A stretch of 64,000 nt of DNA from Mobula hypostoma (lineage: Eukaryota): positions 18,664,001-18,728,000 of the forward strand of contig NC_086118.1 of the NCBI RefSeq assembly GCF_963921235.1, read 5' to 3'. This document shows, in pieces, positions 53,024-64,000 of the stretch. Numbering within the stretch: position 1 is the stretch's first letter; every line of letters starts with the position of its first letter. A program made the translations under genes and the position numbers. Below the pieces are notes generated by a model, which was given only the letters and a program-made list of their open reading frames with translations, was not told the DNA's origin and searched no databases.

Positions 53024-54685
53024 AACCCCAAAGCCTTTGTAACCTGAGGCTTATAACTGCTAAGCCCCTCCCATAGACCAACCAAAAGCTAATTAACTCA
53101 ATTATCCAATTAAAGATGCCTCTATATGAGACAGCTCCATGCAGCAGCTCTGTTTCAGACCCAGTCATTATCACTGCTGGGGATGAGTGTTTTACTGAGT
53201 GCGCTATGTGCCATCCATAGTTAGTGACGGGCCTTCATCACACCCACCCTCCGCTTTCCCCAGAGATTGCTCCCTCTGCTTTTCACTCATCCATTCAACC
53301 CTCCTCACTAATCTCCCTCCTGGCACTTATCCCTGCGAGCAGTCGAAGTGCTACACTTGCCCATTCACCTCCTTCCTCACCTCCATTCATGGCCCCAAAA
53401 CAGTCTTTCCAGGCAAAGCAATGCCTCACCTTTGAAACTGCTGGGGTCGTCAATTGTGTCTGGTGCTCCTGATGCAGCTTCCTCTACATTTGTGAAACTC
53501 ATTGTAAATTGGGGGACTGCTTTGTCAAGCACCTACGTTCCATCAGCCAAAAGGGAACTTCCTGGTGGCCAAACATTTTAATTTCAATTCCCATTCCCGT
53601 TCGAACATGTTAGTCCATGGCCTCCTCTTGTGCCAAGATGAGGCCACCCTCAGGGTAGAGGAGCAACACCTTGTATTCTGCGTGGATATCCTCCAAACTG
53701 ATGGCATGAATATCAATATCTCCTTCTGATTTAAAAAAAAAATTCCCTCCCCCTTCCCTCTTCTTCTATACTGTACTCTGGCCTCTTACATCTTCTCACC
53801 TACCTATCACATCCCCCTGGGTCCCCTCCTTCCCTTTCCACTGCAGTCCGCTCTTCTTTCCTATCAGATTCCTTCCTCTCCAACCCTTTACTTTTCCTAC
53901 TCACCCGGCTTCACCTATCACCTTCTACCTGCCCCTCCCTTGCCTTTTTCTTTTGGCGTTTTCTCACTTTCTTTCCAGTCCTGGCCCAAAACGTCAACTG
54001 TTTAATCATTTGCATAGGTGCTGCCTGACCTGAGTTCCTCCAGCATTTTTTGTGTAAAACAGAAGATCTTACTTTGCAAATATTATCTTGGATAATCAAG
54101 AAACATTTCTACTACTCCCTTCTGAATATTTCCCTTAAATATTTTTAGATAGGCATTTCAGCTACTACTTGAAACAGTAAGTTTCATTATACACATAATA
54201 TTACTAAGTTACTTGGTCTTTAATGTGATGGGGTTTAATGGTGAAGATGCTTCCACTTGGGAAATTGTCCATAACTAGAGGTCATAAATACAAGTTGGTC
54301 ACTAATTTAGCAAGCGGTTTAGGAGAAATATCTCCAGCTTGATTAGAAAGTGGAACATCCTCCTGCACCTGGTTAGGGTGAATAACAAAGATGCGCAGAG
54401 AACCACACAAGTGAGACGAAATGGGTTATTCTGCCGTGAGGATGGGATAAGCCTTATGTGAACATAAGCATAGACTTAGATCAGCACACTGAATGACTTG
54501 TTACAGCATTGTACATTCTGTGGAAGTATGTGATAGGGGAGAGAGAAATTGAGATTCCCAAACAATGAATGTATCAGAGTGCAGGTGAAGGAAAGAGAGT
54601 AGAAGAATTCAAAAGATATACTGTATCTGCTGCTGAAACCTAGATAGCTCCATGGAAAATTTCAAGTTCTCTGATGCATACATAG

Positions 54686-54882
54686 CCAGCCCATGGTGTA
54701 GTGGCATCCACTCGAGGCGAGTGGTCCCGGATTTGAATCTAGCCGGTTTCTTTCAGGCTTTCCATCCGTGCTGGGTTGAGCATTGAGCTTGCAACTTGGC
54801 CTCATAAAAAACAGACAAATACTAAAGAAACAGCAAGATTGCTGCCCCATGTGCCATGGGGTGTGGAGTGGAAAAAGAAAAG
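54686..54882 (+). mobile_element. tRNA-derived SINE
   Basis: A-box-like tggtgtagtgg, B-box-like gatttgaatc and an A-rich end. Confidence 0.65.
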
Positions 54883-55374
54883 ATTCATACATGCTTCCTA
54901 TTAACCAGAGGTTGTGTCTAGATTTGAGCTGCAATATATTTACTGTTGAATAATAGATATTATGGAACATATGTAGAATGGCAATGGGACTTACACAGTA
55001 AATTGATAAAGGATTTGTGAAGCTCTGATTTATGCCGGTTATTTCAAGCTTGATATTATATTTATCACTTGTAACGTCGTTCCCTAAATGCCAGTTATAC
55101 CATTGGCTTCATGTTTATGTTAGAGAAGATTTTTAATGTAAGATTCCTAATTTCCTTGGCCAACTGTTGTCACTATTCCCAAGTTATTACGGAAAGTAGC
55201 TGTGGTAGAATGTCAAAGCCAAGGACATGGTGTGTCAGGTAAAGGGGAAACATGGGAGGAAACAAAGTGAAGACCTCTGATAGCCAAAGGCATTCCTACT
55301 CAGGAGGTGTCTGTTGTTGAAGGTAGTCATCACAGCCCAAGGACCTCGCTGTCTAGCAGAGGTTCTACAGGGCA

Positions 55375-55830
55375 TTGAACATTCTCTTCCTCAGGAGGCT
55401 AAAGGAATTTGACACGTCCCCTTTGACTCTCACCAGTTTTTATCAATGCATCACTGAGAACATCCTATTTGGATGCACCATGCATTGGTGTGGCCCTGCT
55501 TTACCCATGACCCTAAGAAACTGCAGAGTGCTGTGGACAGAACTCAGCATATCACAAATACAAGCATCCCCTCCATGGGCTCTGTCTACATTTCTCACTA
55601 CGTCAGTAAAGCAACCGGCATAAGCAAACATTTCCGTTCACCCTAACATTTTCTCTTCTTCCCTCTGCCATGAGACAGAAAATACAACAGCCTTAGATCA
55701 TGTAACATCAGGTTCGAAGGCGGCTTCTATCCCATTGCTAAAGACTATGGAAAGATTCTCTCATGTGCCGAGATGAACTCTTGACCTTATACTCTACCTC
55801 ATTATGACCTTGCACCTTATTGTGTGCCCA
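55375..55830 (+). mobile_element. Rex1/Babar-type 3' fragment (degenerate)
   Basis: LFLRRLKEF...LTSFYQCITENILFGC motif (ORF 55375-55623). Confidence 0.8.
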
Positions 55831-55849
55831 GACTGTTAAAGAGATTTTA

Positions 55850-56110
55850 AATGTTAGGTTGATTTGTCACATGTACATTGAAACATGCAATGAATTGCGT
55901 CGTTTGCATCAACCACCAATGCAGTCCAGAGATGTATTAAGGGCAGCCCACAGGTGTTGCCATATTTCTGCTGCCAACATAACATGTTCACAGTTTACAA
56001 ACCCGAACCCATACGTCTTTGGAATGAGAGAGGAAACTGGAGCACATGGCATCTACGTGGTCACGGGAAGAACATACAAATTCCTTATGGGCACCGGTGA
56101 GAACTGAACC
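55850..56110 (-). mobile_element. V-domain SINE fragment
   Basis: cgtctttggaatgagagaggaaactggagcac...gggaagaacatacaaattcctta. Confidence 0.65.
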
Positions 56111-56323
56111 TCAATCATAGTTCAATGTAAATTTATTATCAAAGTATATATATGTCTCCATATACAACCCTGATATCTGTGTTCTTGCAGGCATTCACAG
56201 TAAATACAAGAAACACAGTAGAATCAATGAAACACCACATCCAATAGGATGGACAACCAACCAATATGCAAAAGACAACAAACAGTGCAAATACAAAAAG
56301 AGAAAGAAAAAAAAATAATAATA

Positions 56324-57136
56324 CAGATCCACAATCCCTTATATGAAATCCTTGGGGCCAGTTGCATTTTGGAATTCAGAATTTTTCGGATTTCATAACA
56401 TCGCCCCCCTCCGATACCAAAAAACACGTATGCTCAAGTCCCTTATTTAACCTGTCTTAGTGCGATGGACTTTAGGACCTAGCGGCACACCAAACCTACG
56501 CACATCCTCCTGTATATTTTAAATCATCTATAGATTATTTATAATACCTAATACAATATAAATGATTGTTATACTGCATCATTTAGGGAATAATGACAAG
56601 AAGAAATTTTATTTCCAACAAAAACATTCAATAAAACAAAAATATACTGCTTCAAACGAACCGAATCAAACACATGGTAAATGACTTACTGGGATAGATG
56701 TAGAACGTCACAGTCACTATAAAACTTCAGTAACTTGTCTTTCTGTTTATTTAAGTCATATACAGTGGTAGTTCCGACACTATTTTCTTCAGTAAGATGC
56801 CGCACAGATGCATCACGATCAAGCTTCTGCAATAACTTCACTTTCTGCGTTATTAGTAGAGAAGATTCCTTCTCTTCCTCATTGTTACCCATAGGGGTAT
56901 CTGCAGCTCCTTTTGACATTTTCACAGTAAAATTAAACACAAAGTCAACAATGAACACAAAATATCAACGAAAAGCAAATGCACGTGTAACCAGTACGAG
57001 CGATGAGCAACTGACGACTGGCAGCCTCTGCTAGTGCTGCCACGTCACACCTGAGTGATGTCGGCTGTTGGCGAAAAAACTTCGGTTTTTGGCGCTTTCT
57101 GGATTTCAGAATTTCGGGTAAAGGAATGTGTATCTG
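56324..57136 (-). mobile_element. Internally deleted pogo/Tigger DNA transposon
   Basis: Imperfect TIRs cagatccacaatcccttat / taaaggaatgtgtatctg; TA TSD at 56322-56323 and 57137-57138; ORF 56686-56958 has a CENP-B-type HTH start (QKVKLLQKLD...SVGTTTVYDL.KQKDKL). Confidence 0.9.
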
Positions 57137-57389
57137 TAATAAATAAGTAAGCAATAGCTACTGAGGACAGGAATTGTAGAGTTCTTGAAAGTGAGTCCAT
57201 AGGTTGTGGAACCAGTTCGATGTAAGAGTAAGTGAAGTTCAATAAAGCTATCCCCTCTGGTTCAAGAGCCTGATGGTTGAGGGGAAATAACTGTTCCTGC
57301 ACCTGGTGATGTGGGATTTGAGGGTATTGTACCTCCTTGCTGATGGCAGCAGTAAGACGAAAGTATGGCAGGGATGGTGAGGGTCCATC

Positions 57390-58923
57390 AAGTTTGCCGA
57401 TGACCGTGTTGGGTCTCATCAGCAAGAAGGATGAGTCAGCATACAGAGAGGAGGTGCTATGGCTAACGGACTAGTGCAGAGCCAGCAACCTGTCTCTGAA
57501 TGTGAACAATACAAAAGAGATGCTTGTTGACTTCAGGAGGACACGGAGCGACCACTCTCGGCTGAACATCGACGACTCCTCTGTAGATATCGTTAGGAGC
57601 ACCAAATTTCTTGGTGTTCACCTGGCAGAGAATCTCACCTGGTCCCTCAATACCAGCTCCATAGCAAAGAAAGCCCAGCAGCATCTCTACTTTCTGCAAA
57701 GGCTGAGAAAAGTCCATCTCCCACCCCCCATCCTCACCACATTCTACAGAGGTTGTATTGAGAGCATCCTGAGCAGCTGCATAGTAATAGTCATATTTTA
57801 TTGATCCTGGGGGAAATTGGTTTTCATTACAGTTGCACCATAAATAATAAATAGTAATAAAACCATAAATAGTTAAATAGTAATATGTAAATTACACCAG
57901 AAAATAAGTCCAGGTCCAGCCTATTGGCTCAGGGTGTCTGACCCTCCAAGGGAGGAATTGTAAAGTTTGATGGCCACAGGCAGGAATGACTTCCTATGAC
58001 GCTCTGTGTTGCATCTCGGTGGAATGAGTCTCTGGCTGAATGTACTCCTGTGCCCAAACAGTACATTATGTAATGGATGGGAGATATTGTCCAAGATGAC
58101 ATGCAACTTGGACAGCATCCTCTTTTCAGACACCACCGTCAGAGAGTCCAGTTCCATCCCCACAACATCACTGGCCTTACAAATGAGTTTGTTGATTCTG
58201 TTGGTGTCTGCTACCCTCAGCCTGCTGCCCCAGCACACAACAGCAAACATGATAGAACTGGCCACCACAGACTCGTAGAACATCCTCAGCATCATCCGGC
58301 AGCTGTTAAAGGACCTCAGTCTCCTCAGGAAATAGAGATGGCTCTGACCCTTCTTGTAGACAGCCTCAGTGTTCTTTGACCAGTCCAGTTTATTGGACTG
58401 CCCTTCACTGCCTGGTTCAGAAATTGCACCATCTTGTATCGCAAGACCCTGCAGTGGATAGCGAGGTCAGCTGAGAAGATCATCAGGGTCTCTCTTCCCA
58501 CCATTACAGACATTTACACCATGCGCTGCATCCGCAAAGCAAACAGCATTATGAAGGACCCCACGCACCCCTCATATAAATTCCTCTCCCTCCTGCCATC
58601 TGGCAAAAGTCACCAAAGCATTCAGGCTGTCATGACCAGACTATGCAACAGTTTCTTCCCTCAAGCCATCAGACTCCTCAATTCCCAGAGGCTGGACTGA
58701 CACCAACCTACTGCCCTCTACTGTGCCTATTGTCTTGTTTATTATTTATTGTAATGCCTGTGCTGTTTTGTGCACTTTATGCATTCCTGGGTAGGTCTGT
58801 AGTCCAGTGTAGTTTTTTGTATTGTTTCATTGTAGCACCATGGTCCTGAAAAACATACTGTGTACTGTACCAGCAGTTATGGTCGAAATGACGATAAAAA
58901 GTGACTTGAATTGACTTGACTTG
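57390..58923 (+). mobile_element. Rex1/Babar-type LINE, 5'-truncated, nested
   Basis: KFADD at the 5' end; TKEMLVDFRR...KFLGVHL...LYFLQRLRK; continues at 58400 (RLCNSFFPQAIRLLN); (gactt)n tail. Confidence 0.92.
57783..58400 (-). mobile_element. Rex1 LINE 3' fragment nested in the previous element
   Basis: ORF 57921-58295 FYESVVASSIMFAVVCWG...HPLH...RCNTERHRKSFLPVAIKLYN. Confidence 0.92.
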
Positions 58924-61900
58924 ATGATAGATCTTCTTTCCTGCGACAGTGCTCCCTGTACTTTGGTGGTCAGTGGTGGTGAGGTCTTCACTCATGATGG
59001 ACTGGGCTGTATCCACTACTTTTTGTAGGTCTTTTGTTTCAAGAACATTGGTGTTTCCATGCTAGACTGTGATGCAACCAGTCAGTATACACTCCACCAC
59101 ACATCTGTGGATGACATGCCAAATCTACATGAACTTCTATGAAAGTAGATGCCTTCTTTGTAATGGTATTTAGTGCTGAACCCAGGACAGGTCCTCTGAA
59201 ATGATGATGCTGAGGAACTTAAAGTTGCTGAGCCCTAACGAGGACTGGCACATGGACCCTCCGGTTTCCTCCTCCTGTAGTCAATAACTAACTCTTTGGT
59301 TTTGCTGACGTTGAGTAAGATGTTGTTGTGGTGGTATCACTGAGCCAGATTTTCAATCTCCCACTATGCTGATTCATCACCACTTTTGATTCAGCTTGTG
59401 TCACCAGCAAGCTTGAATATGGCATTGGAGCTGTACTTAGCCTAACAGTCACAGATACAAAGCAAGGAGGGCAGAGGGCTAAGTACACAACTTTATGATG
59501 CAACTGTGCCGATGGTGATTGTGGAGGAGATGTTGTTGCCAATCCTACCTGACTGGGTTCTGCAAGTGAGGAGATTGAAGATCCGGTTGCACAGGGAGGA
59601 ACTGAGGTCTTGGAGTTTATTGATTAGTTTTAAGGGGATGGTAGTTTTGAATGCAGTGCTGCAGTCAGTGAGGGATATCCTGATGTATGTATGTTCACCA
59701 TCCATACGTCCCAGGGTTGAGTGAAGAGCCAGTGAAATGGCATTTGCTGTTTACCTGTTGTGATGTTAGGCATTTCTCATGCAGGAGTTGATATGCTTCG
59801 TCATCAGCCTTTTAGAGCACTTCATCACTTTGGATGTCCTTGCCCTCCTCTGATAAAATTGGTGACTAGTGAACAAAATTCTTGACGAACATGAACCCCT
59901 GACATATAATTTTATCCTGCATGCACACAAGCCACCACAACCCCTTCCCATGTATTGTTTATATGTAAGTTTATCTTTAAGTACTGAGTCTCCCAAGATT
60001 GGTAAGACTTCAATTTGTTCTTGTAACAAACATTGCTCCGGGTTGAAAATTACTGGCTTCAATCAACATGTTCTGTTGGTTACTGTACTCTCATACTTGC
60101 TAATGCAAGTGACAAACAAGAGTCAGGACATCCTCTGCTGTCAAGGATAGGACATTTATATGGCTTTGTCTGAGCAGTACAAACAGTCAGCCTTTCATCC
60201 TGTACATGAATATGTTGAGAGAAGTTCCCGAGAGCCAACAGTATTGTTAAGCTCCAAGTGAGGATGAAGAATGGAACAAGATGTGAGAAGGAGAAACTGA
60301 TGTTGTGATATTCTTACTGTTATTTGAGCTGGAAGCTCGGAGGCTGATTACCATGAATCAGAGACAAGTATCGATAGTCCTGAGATTTACAAATTTTGCA
60401 TGTATAACGAGATACCAGAGAAGACAGCTATTGAATATGTGGTGAGTTTGAAAACACCAATAATAAGCTACAATTCCAGTTGGACATTGATCTATCACTT
60501 AATATATGAAAAGGTGAATGAGAGAATTGAGGAAGCTATTTAACAGGATAGGTTTCTCAAGGGAGAAGGCAGCATGGATTCCGGGGTGGGGGGCAAGTGT
60601 AAGGTAGAGTATAGTTCCAAGTTGCAATTGGAATAAGTCTACAAAGACGGTAATGGTAGTGTGGTCCCTTTCTTCACAGCTGGGAAACAGCAGAAACCAA
60701 ATATTACATGAATGCCATGGATGGTATGGGAATCACCCAGTTTGGAGTGCCTGTTTAAGGTACCCTATGTTGTGCATGCATGGCGTAGGGTACTCTTCAT
60801 GTGGGTGCATGCCCTTCAAGAGAGAAATGGTCATTAAAGTCTGTCAGTCTCTGCGTGGTGAAGTAATGGAATCGATCAGCTGGGTGCCAGAGGAGCTGCA
60901 GAATTAGATCGTGAACAGTATTCATTGTGCAACTGAGGAAAGTGACAAGGACAGAACATTAAAAAGCATCTTGTTGATCGAAGAAAAAAATATGAGTGAC
61001 AAGCTGCAGGTGAGGATGTATCTTTTCTCATTGAGGTAGAATAAAGTAATCATTGCTGGCGAACTCTCACTCTCCTAAATATGACAGGCAACTGAAGCTA
61101 TCCGTTTCTTCTCAAAACCCAACAGTTTATCCCCCCCATACCATGAGTTACCTGCTCAGCCTTCAATAAATGGAAGTTTCTTGATAGATTCCTCTTTGCT
61201 CTTTGTTTGTGCAAGTGACAGAAGGAAATTGGTTTAGATCACAAGTCAGCAATGAGGGTGGGTGACATGTTTGAGAGAGTTATAGGACAGTGATTTAATG
61301 CAAAAAAAAAGTAGTGAAGAAGAGATTATTACAGGCAGATAGGCAGATGATGCATTGGAAACATTGGTGAACTTGAAAGATACAGGCAGAGTTAGCCTGT
61401 ATTTCAAGTCAGCGGGAATATTCCCAGGGCTAAATGCTATTTCTGAAGTCCCAGGTAAGGTACTGATCAAAGAAGTGAGAAGCGTAGCACTGATAAACCC
61501 AAGCGCACGATATCCTTCCTCCTTTCTGCAATGTCTTGAAACTCGTTTCTTTCTTTTTTGTTTTTTTCTCTCCTTTCTTGGCTTGTGTGCAACTCAATAT
61601 TACCTTCTCCATTTGTCCCACCATTTGCACATCTGACCATGAATACATTAAGCATATTAAATGGCTGACTATTCAATTTCCTACCCTGGGCTCAATACAA
61701 GGAAGCATTATACTGTAAGTGGTTTCCCCTCTTCCTACAACAAGTCCTCTCCATTGCAATATATTTTTCTCCATCATAAGTTTGGGTTTTTCATATGTTC
61801 TACAAATGTAAGCTCTGGCATATCTATGGAAATACATTCTTTGATTTTGTTGGATTGATATATTTGAAATAAGCTGAGGAAAAGGAGATTGTTCAAAGCT

Positions 61901-63014
61901 AAAGGAGACCAATCTGGTGCGTATTTCTCTTGGCAAAATGGTCAAAATCTGGTCTATGTAAATTTTCTAGTTGTGATTATTCCTTTTAATTAAGATCAAC
62001 CAAATAGTAATATTTTAACAGCAATAGAAGTAAAAAGTGAAAAGGTTTATAAGAAGTGGGAAAAAAAAATTCAAGGAACAGAGAAAAGAAAAGTACTCTC
62101 CTGAGGGCTTAGTATGTGATTCAGCCATAGAAACCAAGAGCAATAGTTAACTTACTATTTGTATCTTGAAAATTTAATTTTGACACCTTAAAGTAAAGCC
62201 ACTGAGCTCATGTTTCAGCCTGGAAGGGAGAATTGGTCCTTTTATTTGTAGTTTCTACTCAGTCATATGTCTGAAAGAAAAACAATTGATTAAAATGTAA
62301 TTTTGCACTCATTTGTCAGATGTGACTGATGTTTAAATTCTGAGTTGATATTAGAAACAAAACAAGTGCATAATTAATTTCTCAGTACTCTGCTGCTGAA
62401 AACACATTTAGCAAAAATAAATCTTGCGTTGCATCACATTTCCTTGCCCCGTATAACATCTATTCTATGGATGTTTAAGTAAGCTTATTTAAACTTAATT
62501 AAAATTATTGGTTGTTCTGTTTCATGTGTGTATAGTGCAAATATTTTGTGTATAGACACTAATTACGTATGGGCTCTTATAGTTCTGCAATAACCTTATA
62601 CAACTTGGTTTCTTACAGAGCTAAGATCACCAAATTTGGATTCCAAAGGTGTTGGACATTTCACTATCCTGTGAGCTGTAGCTAGTTTACATTTATCAGT
62701 TCTAAAGAATCTTTTCATTCTCCTGTAACTCCAGTGCATTTCGCATTCTAACCATTTGCTGTTCCTCATTCTCGATCACTCCCTGGACTCTTGTCCTTCC
62801 AATTTTTGTAACCTCCTCCAGCCTTTTAAGACTCCAAGATCTCAACACTGCTCCTATTGGATCTTCTTGCACTTTCTATGATTTAATTATGCCCCCCCCC
62901 AATGTCAAATGCATCAGCTCTGAGACCCTATGTTCTGTAAGTCCCCATCTGGTACTTATCACCCCAACCCTCAAAACCTCCTCAAGCTGTCTACATAGCT
63001 TTTGTTTTTCAGCA

Positions 63015-63311
63015 GGGTAGCGCGTGGCCAAGTGGTTATGGCATTGGGCTCATGATCTGAAGGTCGTGGGTTTGAGCCTCGGCCAAGTCAGCGTGTTGTG
63101 TCTTTGAGCAAGGCACTTAACCACACAGTGCTCCAGTCCACCCAGCTGAAAATGGGTACTGGCAAAATGCTGGGGGTTAACCTTGCGATAGACTAGCGTC
63201 CTATCCGGGAGGGAGTCTCGTACTCTCAGTCGCTTCACGCCACAGAAACCGGCATAAGCACTGACCTGATGGGCCACAAAGGCTCGGGACAGACTTTGAC
63301 TTTGACTTGAA
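63015..63311 (+). mobile_element. tRNA-derived SINE (MetaSINE-like body)
   Basis: A box tggccaagtgg and B box ggtttgagcc; gtgttgtgtctttgagcaaggcacttaacc; ccttgcgatagactagcgtcctatccggg...gtcgcttcacgccacagaaaccgg; (gacttt)n tail. Confidence 0.8.
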
Positions 63312-64000
63312 TAATTCAGCAAGATTTAAGTGAATCTTGATATGACTCAATTAACGGCCCAGTGAAGCATTGTGGGGAATTTTTACTATATAGAAATCAG
63401 GAAGCATGTAGATTCTGGAGGAACTGGTAGGCAGAGAGAAGTTATGCCCATTAACACAACTGAAAAGAGAATGCAATCAATTTGCCAAAGGACCAAGTAT
63501 AACAGAAGGAATATCTTTTATTTTAAACATAGGGAATTGTTAGAATGGGGAATACACTGCCAGAGGAAGTGAGTGGGTAAGGAGGGAAACTTGCTCTTAT
63601 ATGGCACTCATATTACTTCAAAGGGCTGAATGCTGCATTCTTCCTGTAGGTCCAACAGATGAGTCATGATAAAAGTAGAAATTGACCATTTTATTGATGT
63701 TTAGAGGACTTATTTCAGAGTCAAACGAATACTGTAGCCACAAATAACCTGATTTAGTCTGAGACAGTGAGTAAAGTGAGGAAATGCATTATTGAGAAAG
63801 AACCATGTCTGTGATGGGGAACAGAGATACCAACTTGAGTCTTGCAAATGCTTAGCTGAAGAAAATTTCTGCAAATTGTGGATTGAATGTAGGAAATACA
63901 ACATTATACCTCAAGAGGCAAGAAGTGCCCAAGAGCTGAAATGGGGGAAGAGTTCGGCATTATTAGCATGCATCTGGAGTTGACATGCTTTTGAATGATG

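Larger units (their letters stand above)
50516..53242 (-). mobile_element. Solo LTR (about 377 bp once the nested LINE is removed)
   Basis: TG...CA termini; perfect 5-bp TSD cccac at 50511-50515 and 53243-53247; AATAAA on the minus strand near 50593. Confidence 0.85.
49990..54060 (+). mobile_element. Penelope-like element (RT C-terminus, GIY-YIG endonuclease remnant, terminal repeat), interrupted at 50516-53242
   Basis: FINFASSFH...FPFLDFSV...IFYKPTDPHSYL (50014-50568); GTYPCEQSKCYTCPF and VVNCVWCS..C...YICET...HL after the interruption. Confidence 0.92.
56118..59840 (-). mobile_element. Rex1/Babar-type LINE (host of a nested cluster)
   Basis: 3' UTR at 56118-56323 and 57137-57389 matches 45110-45540; coding remnant resumes at about 58924 and includes TAFKTTIPLKLINKLQDL. 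Confidence 0.85.

Noticed and set aside
59850..61060. Possible very old Gypsy gag-protease remnant (attggtgac, LQFQLD-like motif)
   Set aside because: Too degenerate to support; no contiguous motif set or LTR.
63015..63085. tRNA-like sequence (also 54686-54745)
   Set aside because: These are SINE heads followed by SINE bodies and tails, not tRNA genes.
1..64000. Prokaryotic systems (operons, CRISPR, defence islands) or a host protein-coding gene
   Set aside because: Vertebrate repeat landscape; no repeat-spacer array and no recognisable host exon.

Overview
This is a eukaryotic, AT-rich, repeat-dense window with no host protein-coding exon I can support, so it is probably intronic or intergenic. 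The repeat repertoire includes CR1 LINEs, Rex1/Babar LINEs, Penelope-like elements, V-type SINEs and an RTE-type non-autonomous family. By inference this points to a cartilaginous fish, probably a ray. Every recognisable ORF is a transposable-element remnant or the antisense shadow of one. Several multi-level nested insertions can be resolved exactly from TIRs and TSDs. The most interesting signal is RNA structure. The 3' UTR of an R2-group Hero retrotransposon (9357-9411, minus strand) contains the full hammerhead-ribozyme core with two perfect 6-bp stems, but in a NON-circularly permuted order and clamped by a 15-bp inverted repeat. The window also has a core-intact minimal hammerhead in a Penelope terminal repeat (31261-31298), a near-intact RNase H-bearing Nimb/I-group LINE, a TIR element with a 6-bp TSD and a duplicated right end, and a Tigger that resembles mammalian Tigger4/MER2. 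Family names come from my recognition of motifs, not from database searches. Boundaries without a TSD are approximate.
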